A DNA stretch of 23,450 bases from IMG/VR virus record IMGVR_UViG_3300032157_000003. One strand, 5' to 3'. How positions within the stretch are numbered: position 1 is the stretch's first letter; each line of letters starts with the position of its first letter. Positions 8,658 through 16,274 of the stretch are shown here, piece after piece. A program made the translations under genes and the position numbers. This DNA is from a virus. Under the pieces are notes generated by a model that saw nothing but the letters and a program-made list of their open reading frames with translations, searched no databases and had not been told where the DNA came from.

Positions 8658-10823
8658 ATGACGATCCTTTATGTGGACCCGGTTGCAGGGAACGACGCCA
8701 ACAACGGCCTGTCGTTCGCCAACCGCAAGCGCACCTTCAACTCGGTCACGAGTGCCGCCGCCGAACTCGACACCATCCGGTTGATCGCCAGCCCCGACCC
8801 TTTCAGCGTCGGCAGTGCGTCGTGGACGGACTGGACGAAGGACATCACGTGGACCAACACCTCCAACCTGAAGATTGATGCTTGCGACTCCGGCTGGACA
8901 GCGGCAACCAACGTCACGGTCACCCACCCGACTGGCAAGAGCAAGACCGGCAGCGCCCACGTGCAGTTGGCTATCGCCAGCGGGTTCACCACCGGCAAGG
9001 CGGCGTACAAGACGCTGGCCGCGCCCCTGACCGTCTCGGCGTTCCAGCAGATTGCCTTCTACTTCCAGTCGTTCAACTCGTCGAACGTCAGTTTCAAGAT
9101 TTGCCTGTGCTCGGACACCACCGGCAACACCATCGTGGCCGAGATCACCAAGACCATGACGTGGATTACTGACTTCCTCCAGTCGGACTCCACCACCACG
9201 GCCTATTGGACCCCGGTGCATCTGGACTACGGTTCGGCCCTGCCGGGAACCTCGATCAACTCCATCGCCATTTACATGACGGTAGACCCCGGCACCGTCA
9301 CGCTCAGCTTCGACGGGTTCACCCTCTGCAAAGCCCCCGGCGCGTCGGACCTGATCGACCTGTACTCCATGATTGGGAAGAACGCAGGTTCCGAGACGGA
9401 GTGGTACCCGATCACCGATCTGGCTGAGACCGGCGTGAAGGTGACGGGGCACTGGCAGAAAATCCGGGGCGGCTTCACCCTGACTGACCGCGACTATCGC
9501 GGGACCACGGAGTCCGTGACGACCTACATCCGCAACCCGCTGAAGCTGGGGCAGGGAGTGACGTGGGACAACACGGACATCCGGTACCAGAAAAACAAGA
9601 TCACCATCGAGGGTGGTTACAACCGCACCGACATGAGCACCAAGACCGGTGAGACATGGCTTTGCGGGATGACCCTGTACAGCGGGATCAGGCCAGACAT
9701 TGTTAACTACTCGGACGTTAGCCTGTTGAACATGGGGTTCACCCACTGCGTCATTGGGGCCAAGGACATTGTTGTTGGTCAGGGCAAGTTGGCGACCCCT
9801 TCGGTCTACGACTTCCTTGGCTTCATCGCGTGCGAAACCCCAGTTACCTTCCTGCCAACTGGCGGCAGCAACAACATGCGCTATGCCGGGTACTACGACT
9901 TCCGCTGCAAGCAGGTCTGGGCCAGTCTGCTGCCTCTGAACACGCCGAACCGCCCCGGCAAGTACACCGTGGGGCGTATCCACGGCTACCAGCGTTCCGA
10001 CAGCGGCACGGCTGCATGGATTCCGGGGGCTTCTTTCCAGGCCAACCCGATCACCTACGTCATCGGCAAGATTGACGGCAACAAGGCCGGCATCATGCTG
10101 GACAACACTTTTAACGACCTCAAGTTGGTGGGGACGGTCATTCAGAACAACGATAACGACTGGGCGGTGACACTCCAGACCGGGCGACCATTCCACCTGC
10201 ACTTCGACAACATGGCCGAACTGATGTTGGATGCGGACTACGACGGCTCGAACCTGTTCTACGCGCTGGACAACTACCCAACCATCGTCCGTCAGACCCG
10301 CATTGGTGGCGACCCTACCAAGAACCGAACCATCGTGAATGGCAACGAGATTTTCGAGAGCAGCACGGCGATCCGCCACACGGCCAGCGGGCTGTCGTGG
10401 CGCCTGCAATCCGCCAAGTGGGGCTACTTCATGAACGACCGACCAGCCGGGGCTCCGGGCCACCTGCTGGGTTACGTGGCGTGCGAGGCCGACAAGGAGG
10501 TGACCGTCACCTGCTGGATGTACGTGGAGTACGACGTCTACAAGCAGTACGACGACCCGATGGACGACCCTGCGGCGATTTGGGGGATCATGGTGCTGCC
10601 GGACGCCACCATGGAGATTCCGCTGATTCAGGTGGCTGCCAACATGGCGACCATCGGCTCGTGGCAGCAGGTGACGCTGAACTTCACGCCGGGGGAGACT
10701 GGCGTGGTTCCAGTGTACGCCTACGTCTACGCCCAGTACGGCAGCTACGGCCCAGCCGAACTGACCCCGCCGGAAATCTACTCGGTCTACTACGATGACC
10801 TCGAAGTGACACAGGCGACCTGA
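8658..10823 (+). CDS. Tailspike / receptor-binding protein, probable beta-helix with carbohydrate-binding modules
   Basis: N-terminal YVDPVAGNDANNGLS...KRT motif is typical of pectin-lyase-like/DUF1565 proteins; CBM-like C-terminus (WQQVTLNFTP...VYYDDLEV). Confidence 0.65.
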   Translation: MTILYVDPVAGNDANNGLSFANRKRTFNSVTSAAAELDTIRLIASPDPFSVGSASWTDWTKDITWTNTSNLKIDACDSGWTAATNVTVTHPTGKSKTGSAHVQLAIASGFTTGKAAYKTLAAPLTVSAFQQIAFYFQSFNSSNVSFKICLCSDTTGNTIVAEITKTMTWITDFLQSDSTTTAYWTPVHLDYGSALPGTSINSIAIYMTVDPGTVTLSFDGFTLCKAPGASDLIDLYSMIGKNAGSETEWYPITDLAETGVKVTGHWQKIRGGFTLTDRDYRGTTESVTTYIRNPLKLGQGVTWDNTDIRYQKNKITIEGGYNRTDMSTKTGETWLCGMTLYSGIRPDIVNYSDVSLLNMGFTHCVIGAKDIVVGQGKLATPSVYDFLGFIACETPVTFLPTGGSNNMRYAGYYDFRCKQVWASLLPLNTPNRPGKYTVGRIHGYQRSDSGTAAWIPGASFQANPITYVIGKIDGNKAGIMLDNTFNDLKLVGTVIQNNDNDWAVTLQTGRPFHLHFDNMAELMLDADYDGSNLFYALDNYPTIVRQTRIGGDPTKNRTIVNGNEIFESSTAIRHTASGLSWRLQSAKWGYFMNDRPAGAPGHLLGYVACEADKEVTVTCWMYVEYDVYKQYDDPMDDPAAIWGIMVLPDATMEIPLIQVAANMATIGSWQQVTLNFTPGETGVVPVYAYVYAQYGSYGPAELTPPEIYSVYYDDLEVTQAT

Positions 10824-10824
10824 T

Positions 10825-11592
10825 ATGACACTGCCAACCAGAGACGAACTGCTGACACTGGACTGGACCTACGACGGGGGGCCGTTCTTCGCCATCACGG
10901 CGAAGGAAGGGGTGAGCGGGGATGCCACCTACAATGGCCTGCCGTTCTTCCCCATCGCCTTCAGTGGCGGTGGCGGCGAGCCGGAGCCGGACCCTGAGCT
11001 CGTCCCGGTCTACGTGTGGCTGGATCAGTCCGTGCCACCTGTGACCTCGACCACGATTGCGCGGGAGACCGGCGACGTCCTGCTGATGGAAGAGGGCTTC
11101 ACCCTGATCGAGGAAACCGGCTCGCTGGACAGCGGCACCCCGACCATCGAGCTGTTCCAGACCAGCACCCCGACCGCAGGGACGTGGGTGCTTGGCCGCT
11201 ACTACGCGACCAACCGCAAAACGGACGGCGTGCTGCGCAGTCCGTTGCCGTCGCTGGCAGGCGCGCTGGAGGATGCCACCCTGACCCTTGTGGCTACCGG
11301 AAACACCCAAGTCACCTTTGACTGGGGCATTTTCGGGCGCTGGTTCGGCACCAACGACCCGGACAGCAGCGACCTCCTGCGATTCCTGATCGACGACGTG
11401 GAGCAGATGGAGTGGTACCCGGTGGACTTGGGCGGCAGTGACATGGCCCTCGCCATGGGCCGCTACTCTTTCGTCGTGCCCGCTGGCACCTACGAGCTGA
11501 AGTGGCAGTGGTCACGGCCACCGGGCACGACATGGAGTCCGCTTGAGAGCCATACTTGGATCACCAACCTGATCATCGACCCGACATTCTGA
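10825..11592 (+). CDS. Virion structural protein of unknown function
   Basis: Coupled to the upstream gene; N-terminal repeat, GGGGEPEPDPE linker, beta-sandwich-like C-terminus. Confidence 0.65.
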   Translation: MTLPTRDELLTLDWTYDGGPFFAITAKEGVSGDATYNGLPFFPIAFSGGGGEPEPDPELVPVYVWLDQSVPPVTSTTIARETGDVLLMEEGFTLIEETGSLDSGTPTIELFQTSTPTAGTWVLGRYYATNRKTDGVLRSPLPSLAGALEDATLTLVATGNTQVTFDWGIFGRWFGTNDPDSSDLLRFLIDDVEQMEWYPVDLGGSDMALAMGRYSFVVPAGTYELKWQWSRPPGTTWSPLESHTWITNLIIDPTF

Positions 11593-11600
11593 GGTAAACC

Positions 11601-12218
11601 ATGGCCAAGAAACTCAGCCAGCTCACCCCCGCTGGCACGCTGGCAGACGAAGACCTTGTTCTGGTGTCGGTCGGTGGCGAGACCCCGCAATCCAGAAGTG
11701 CGACAGTGGCGCAGGTCCGAGGCACGCCGGAGATCACCCTGCTGGATGAAACCACCGACCTTGGCGAGTTCCACACGATCAAGTTCGTGGGCTCGGTGGT
11801 GACTGTCACAGAGACCGCTGTGGGCGAAGCGACTGTGACATTTTCCGAAGGGGCAGGCGGCACGGCCACTCACCTCTGCGAACTGACGATTGCGGGCAAG
11901 CCTGGAAGTCCGGGCGTGAGCACAACCCTTCGTCGCTTCGTCGCGCCAATGTCGATGACCATCCCTGCCAACTTCGCAGGGTCGCGGGCGTTCGCAGAAG
12001 TGCCGGCCACGGTGAACACCGTCATCTACATCAACAAAAATGGGACCAACATCGGCAACGTGACTTTCTACGCAGGCTCTCAAGTCGGCACTTGGAGCGC
12101 CACCCCATCCGGCGCGGCTGTCACTTTGGTGGCTGGCGACTTCGTGAAGGTCTACACCGGGTCCACACAGGACGCCACGCTGGCCGAGTTGGGCATCACC
12201 CTGCTGATCAACAAGTAA
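11601..12218 (+). CDS. Short fibre-like protein, paralogous to the C-terminal part of 7065..8654
   Basis: GAGGT RBS; KKLSQL...ADEDLVLV N-terminus; shares ANFAxS, KNGTxxGxxTF, VAGD and QDATL motifs with the 529-aa protein. Confidence 0.75.
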   Translation: MAKKLSQLTPAGTLADEDLVLVSVGGETPQSRSATVAQVRGTPEITLLDETTDLGEFHTIKFVGSVVTVTETAVGEATVTFSEGAGGTATHLCELTIAGKPGSPGVSTTLRRFVAPMSMTIPANFAGSRAFAEVPATVNTVIYINKNGTNIGNVTFYAGSQVGTWSATPSGAAVTLVAGDFVKVYTGSTQDATLAELGITLLINK

Positions 12219-12223
12219 GGGAT

Positions 12224-12243
12224 TTCGCAAAGTGCTTTGCGAA
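12224..12243. repeat. Dispersed palindrome copy 2: TTCGCAAAG-TG-CTTTGCGAA (intergenic, putative operator)
   Basis: Read directly; 5 nt after the stop at 12218 and 19 nt upstream of the extended -10. Confidence 0.92.
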
Positions 12244-12262
12244 GGTGGTGGCGGTACGCCAG

Positions 12263-12271
12263 TGCTATAAT
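12263..12271 (+). promoter_or_regulatory. Extended -10 sigma70-type promoter (TGCTATAAT) for the lysis-type cassette
   Basis: Perfect TGnTATAAT in the only sizeable + strand intergenic gap; AAGGGGGG RBS before ATG 12314; no good -35 at 17 bp. Confidence 0.7.
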
Positions 12272-12313
12272 AGCCCGGAATAAAGCAGGTGGCTGACACC
12301 TCAAGGGGGGCAT

Positions 12314-12637
12314 ATGGCATCGGAATCGAAGGGAACCGTAATCAGCTCGATCACGGCTGTTTCCACGACCGTCGCCGCCACCCTGCTGCTGGGATTCCTG
12401 GGGATCGTGAAGGACATCGCCACCCAAGCCCCGCTGATCGAGGCGCACATGAAAACCACCAGCGCTGAGCTGGTGACGATCAAAGACAAGCAGGTGGAGC
12501 AATCGCTGGTGCTGGCCGCACTGGCGAAGGACTACGCCTCGCGTGACAGTCTGCGTCAGGAAATCGAGAAGCTGGACAGCAAGATTCGGGACCTCCAGCT
12601 TCAGCAAGCAATGAACAGCAAGGGAGGGAAGCGATGA
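12314..12637 (+). CDS. Membrane-anchored coiled-coil protein (lysis cassette; i-spanin- or holin-accessory-like)
   Basis: Single N-terminal hydrophobic helix, C-terminal heptads, basic tail; adjacent to the holin. Confidence 0.6.
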   Translation: MASESKGTVISSITAVSTTVAATLLLGFLGIVKDIATQAPLIEAHMKTTSAELVTIKDKQVEQSLVLAALAKDYASRDSLRQEIEKLDSKIRDLQLQQAMNSKGGKR

Positions 12638-12873
12638 ACAGCGATTTGATGACAGTCCTGATCCAGTACCTCAAACAACCGTCGACTTGGCAGGGCATCA
12701 CCCTGCTGGCCGGCTCTCTGGCCACGTGGCTGGGTGTCCCGGTGGAGATGGTGACCTCGGCTGGCGTGCTGCTGCTGGCCGTGATCCTGATCGTGAAGGA
12801 TGAGCGCCCGACCAAGGACGTGGTGCAGGACGCCCTCGGCAAAGTGCTGGAAGACAAGGTGGACAAGCCATGA
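12634..12873 (+). CDS. Holin (two TM helices)
   Basis: 79 aa; LKQPSTWQG motif, two hydrophobic segments, charged C-terminus; ATGA coupling. Confidence 0.7.
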   Translation: MNSDLMTVLIQYLKQPSTWQGITLLAGSLATWLGVPVEMVTSAGVLLLAVILIVKDERPTKDVVQDALGKVLEDKVDKP

Positions 12874-13319
12874 GCATGCCTGAGTTCGTACCCAAGTTCC
12901 TGACCCCGCTGGTCCTCGAAGAGTACATGCGTGGCGCTCGGTCTGTGCCGGGTGAGTGGGTCGTGTTCCAGCCCCTGATCTACGAAGGCTCGCTGGGGCA
13001 GATGATCGTGCCGCGTGGCTTCATCACGGACTTGGCGTCGATCCCGAAGTTCATGCGCGGCCTGCTCGATGTGAACGACTCACACCGCAGGGCGGCGGTG
13101 CTGCATGACTTCCTGTATTGCGCGCAGCATCTGACCCGCAAGCAGGCGGATGACATTCTGCTTGAGGCGATGGAGGCTATCGGGGTGCAGGCCTGGAAGC
13201 GCAACGCGATGTACGCGGCGGTCAGGGTGGGTGGCTGGGCTTACTGGAACAAAAGGGCCAACGAGCGTCCCGCGAACGGGAAAGACTTCGTTGGCCCTAA
13301 CTACTTCAACGTCCCTTGA
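12870..13319 (+). CDS. DUF1353 family protein
   Basis: VPRGFITDLASIP, AAVLHDFLY, RKQADDILLEAM and MYAAVRVGG motifs. Confidence 0.88.
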   Translation: MSMPEFVPKFLTPLVLEEYMRGARSVPGEWVVFQPLIYEGSLGQMIVPRGFITDLASIPKFMRGLLDVNDSHRRAAVLHDFLYCAQHLTRKQADDILLEAMEAIGVQAWKRNAMYAAVRVGGWAYWNKRANERPANGKDFVGPNYFNVP

Positions 13320-13521
13320 ACTTGAGGCGTTTCTGAAAATCCTCGCGACAATCCGCATCGCAGAAGCGGCCCTGCTCCAAAGGTTCTTCGCAATTCAGGC
13401 AGTGGCCGGCAGCGGTACTCAGTACCTCTTCCAGCTCCTGCCCTGCTTTGCGCTGCCTTTCAATGGCCACTTCAGTCTGCAACAGTTCCAGCTCTGAGGC
13501 GTTATCGGTCCAGTCACTCAT
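13306..13521 (-). CDS. TraR/DksA-like zinc-finger protein
   Basis: N-terminal MSDWTDNA (DxxDxA as in TraR), helix, CxxC-x9-CxxxC. Confidence 0.72.
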   Translation of the reverse strand: MSDWTDNASELELLQTEVAIERQRKAGQELEEVLSTAAGHCLNCEEPLEQGRFCDADCREDFQKRLKFKGR

Positions 13522-13814
13522 GAGGGTGTCTCTCCATGTAAGGTCGTCAGATGGTAGCGCGGGACGTCCTCCGCCAGAGTGCTAGGGGTGAGCCATACCA
13601 TCGGCTTGAACTCAGCAGGAATGGGTTCACCCCGCTCCTGCAACGTCTCACGGGCCTTGCACCAGAACTTCAGCGACTGCATTGTCGGCGGCGCCTTGAT
13701 AGCCGGGGAAGGGGAGTAGAGGTTTTCACAGAACCGCGCCTCTTCCTCCTGATCAGCCCGCCACGCCACCAGCAATTTCTCAAACTCCCACTGACTTAAA
13801 ACATAGCAGGCCAT
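13518..13814 (-). CDS. Hypothetical protein (98 aa)
   Basis: Start reassigned to ATG 13814 (MACYVLSQW) with GAGGT RBS just after the sbcC-like stop; ATGA overlap with the next gene. Confidence 0.65.
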   Translation of the reverse strand: MACYVLSQWEFEKLLVAWRADQEEEARFCENLYSPSPAIKAPPTMQSLKFWCKARETLQERGEPIPAEFKPMVWLTPSTLAEDVPRYHLTTLHGETPS

Positions 13815-13822
13815 GGCGCACC

Positions 13823-16060
13823 TCAGAGCGTGATCGAGTGGTTGAACACCGAGGAATCCAGTTCCCGGTGGCTGACCATGATGACCTGTTTGCCGCTCGC
13901 CGCCAGCAGGGTGGAGAACGCCAAGGCGTGCTCCGGGTCCATGTCGGCAGTCGGTTCGTCCATCAGGATCACGTCCAGCGGGCATTGCGCCGCCTCTGCC
14001 AGAGCCATCTGCACCGCGCAGCCGATGATGGCGAGCTGGGCACCTGACCCTTCCTCAAGGCTCATCTCGAAGCCTTCCTCGAAGAAGGTGAACGCGCCTT
14101 CGCTGTCCCGGCTCAACTGCTCCATGTAGCCTGCGGTCAGGGTGCTGGCGAACAGGCTGGCCGAAGCCATGAACACGTTCCACACCTGCTTCGAGTAACG
14201 GTCGCGGTTGCCACGGATCAGGTCGCGCAATTGTTCCATGGCCGACACCTTCACCAGCGCCTCTTCGTACTTGGCGTTGTTGGCCAAGCCGGCGGCGATC
14301 TCCTGCTCCAGCAGTCGCACCTGAGTCATCAGGTTGCCGGTGAGCTCCCGATTCTTGTCCCGCTCAACCATCACCTCGTCGTACAGGTAGCGAAGGTTGC
14401 CACGGAGCTTCTGCACCTGCTCCAGCAATTCGCCTGCATGTTCCACGTGGAACACGTCATGCGTTTTCAGCAGTTCGTCGTGGATGCGCTGGGCTTTGGC
14501 GTGCGCCGCGCTGGCGTCCTCGGCAACCCGCTCGGTGTCCTTCAGCTCGCCAATCGCATTGCTCAGGTTGCGCGACAGTTGGCGCGAGTGCTCCAGCAGT
14601 TCGTCCAGTGCGACCAGTTCCTGCTTGAGGTTTTCGGCGTTTGGCAGGGGTGCCAGCTCCAGGGACTTCAAGGCCAGCGAGTGGCGCAGTTTGCCCGCGT
14701 GCGAACGGTAGTCCTCCAGCGCGATACCCTTGCGGCGCACCTCGTCCTGAGCGCGAGCCAGCTTGTCCTCCTGCTCCATGAAATCGCTGAAGCGGGCGTG
14801 CAGCTCCTTGACCCGCTCGTCAATCATGCTCAGGTCGGTGAGAGCTTTGGTGACAGCTCGCTTCGATTCCTCCGGGTTGTAGTCCTCGAACGGGCGCTTG
14901 CAGCTATCGCACAACCCGTTCTCCACGGTGGAGCGGGCGTGCTTGAGCCGGTGGACGTACTCAGGGCGACTATCCCTCAGTGCGTTCAGCTCATGCTCAA
15001 CGAGCAGCGATGCTTCCTTGTCCAACGGTGGCAGCGAGTTCATCAGGTTGGTGGCTAGCTGCAATTCCATCTCCAGCTTGTCCTCACCATCGGTCAGGCC
15101 TTGGCACGCTTTGGTCAGGGTTGCCACCTCGACGCTCAGGGCGCGGCTCTGGCGTTCCTGTTCGACGATGGCACCACGACCATTGGCCAGCTTGACGATG
15201 CTCTCAGCCAGTACCAAGTCCTCGCCGCCGCACAGCTTCAGCGACTCGATCTGAAGTTCGGTCAGCTTGTCCTTCACGGCGGTGTAGCGGTGGCAGGCCG
15301 TGTCCATGGTCAGGTTGGCGTAGTTCATCTCCCGCTTGGCGTCGTGCAACTCGGAACGGACCTTGTTCAGGCGTCGTTCCTCCTGCTCGGCTTCCTCCAG
15401 CTCCTTGCTCATCTTCTTCAGGGTTTCGTTGTCATGCTCCAGCGCGACGGTGGCCGTTTCCAGCGCCTCCCGGCAGGCCTCCTGCGCGGCCTGCTTCGGC
15501 GCAACGTCGATCTCTGGCGTCAGCTCCACAATGTGGCGATGCACCTTCAGGTCGTTGTCCAACAGGGTGAGCACGGACATGATCCGCTCCAACCCGGTCA
15601 ACTCAGTCACGATCTTGAACAGCTCGCCGGAGCCGGCCTTGAGGATCGCGTCGGCGGCTTTCTGCTTGGCGTACTTGATCTGGGCGAAGCGGCGCAGCGG
15701 CATGCCCAGCAACTCAGCGATGGCGTTGTTCACCGGAGTGGTGCCACTGGCGACCAGTTCCTCCAGCCCTGCTGCATCCAGCCGTTTCAGGTTGGCGGCG
15801 GTCTTGGTGCGCTGGACGATGTAATCACCCTTGCCGGGAATGGCGAACCACAGGGTCTGACGGAAGCCCGCGTTGGTGCCACGGGTGGCGATGCGGCTGC
15901 CTGGAACCATGCGCGAACCGCCGAGGCAGAACAGGATGCCCAGCAGGATGGTGCTCTTGCCCTTGTAGTTCGGGCCGGTGATGCCGTTCAACCCCTCGGC
16001 AAAGTCCACCGTCAGGTACTCGTGCTTCTTGAAATAGTTCAGCTCAAGCTTCTTTAACAT
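13823..16060 (-). CDS. SbcC/Rad50-like ATPase (T4 gp46 / T5 D13-like)
   Basis: Walker A GPNYKGKST, coiled coils, central CDSC zinc hook, signature GSGAQ, Walker B ILMDEP, H-loop VSH. Confidence 0.92.
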   Translation of the reverse strand: MLKKLELNYFKKHEYLTVDFAEGLNGITGPNYKGKSTILLGILFCLGGSRMVPGSRIATRGTNAGFRQTLWFAIPGKGDYIVQRTKTAANLKRLDAAGLEELVASGTTPVNNAIAELLGMPLRRFAQIKYAKQKAADAILKAGSGELFKIVTELTGLERIMSVLTLLDNDLKVHRHIVELTPEIDVAPKQAAQEACREALETATVALEHDNETLKKMSKELEEAEQEERRLNKVRSELHDAKREMNYANLTMDTACHRYTAVKDKLTELQIESLKLCGGEDLVLAESIVKLANGRGAIVEQERQSRALSVEVATLTKACQGLTDGEDKLEMELQLATNLMNSLPPLDKEASLLVEHELNALRDSRPEYVHRLKHARSTVENGLCDSCKRPFEDYNPEESKRAVTKALTDLSMIDERVKELHARFSDFMEQEDKLARAQDEVRRKGIALEDYRSHAGKLRHSLALKSLELAPLPNAENLKQELVALDELLEHSRQLSRNLSNAIGELKDTERVAEDASAAHAKAQRIHDELLKTHDVFHVEHAGELLEQVQKLRGNLRYLYDEVMVERDKNRELTGNLMTQVRLLEQEIAAGLANNAKYEEALVKVSAMEQLRDLIRGNRDRYSKQVWNVFMASASLFASTLTAGYMEQLSRDSEGAFTFFEEGFEMSLEEGSGAQLAIIGCAVQMALAEAAQCPLDVILMDEPTADMDPEHALAFSTLLAASGKQVIMVSHRELDSSVFNHSITL
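14439..14454. promoter_or_regulatory. Chromosomal-type parS site TGTTCCACGTGGAACA
   Basis: Perfect 16-bp palindrome matching the widespread ParB-binding consensus TGTTNCACGTGNAACA; function here untested. Confidence 0.75.
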
Positions 16061-16274
16061 TGTCCCTTCCCCTTTGTTCCACTCGACGTTTCGTCAGTTG
16101 CACCCGGCAGCGTGCGTCACAGAAAACCTCGCCTTCGAGGTTCACCGCTCGCCCACGCTCAAGGGCCGTGCGCAGCATCTGCTCCCTTGGAATGAACTCG
16201 CCTTCAACGTATTGGCCCTCCAGCGCTTGCTGGCAGAAGGCGCAGGTCAACTCGCACCACACCTCTACCAACAT
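16044..16274 (-). CDS. Small Cys-containing hypothetical protein
   Basis: TGATG coupling to the sbcD-like gene; CAFC and FCDARC motifs. Confidence 0.6.
   Translation of the reverse strand: MLVEVWCELTCAFCQQALEGQYVEGEFIPREQMLRTALERGRAVNLEGEVFCDARCRVQLTKRRVEQRGRDNVKEA

Noticed and set aside
3083-10463. Very long antisense ORFs (298, 846 and 1324 aa) opposite the tail genes
   Set aside because: Shadow frames caused by GC-rich codon bias; Val/Gly/Arg/His-rich with no motifs, and fully overlapping coherent sense genes.
2277-12218. Genome-wide stop-codon reassignment
   Set aside because: TAA and TGA act as normal stops at TAATG and ATGA overlaps, and genes are full length in the standard code.
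12224-12243. Palindrome as an intrinsic terminator of the tail operon
   Set aside because: 2-nt loop, no U-tract, and identical sequence occurs inside polA; a binding site fits better.
12836-12853. Partial match TCGGCAAAGTGCTGGAAG to the dispersed palindrome
   Set aside because: Not palindromic; too many mismatches.
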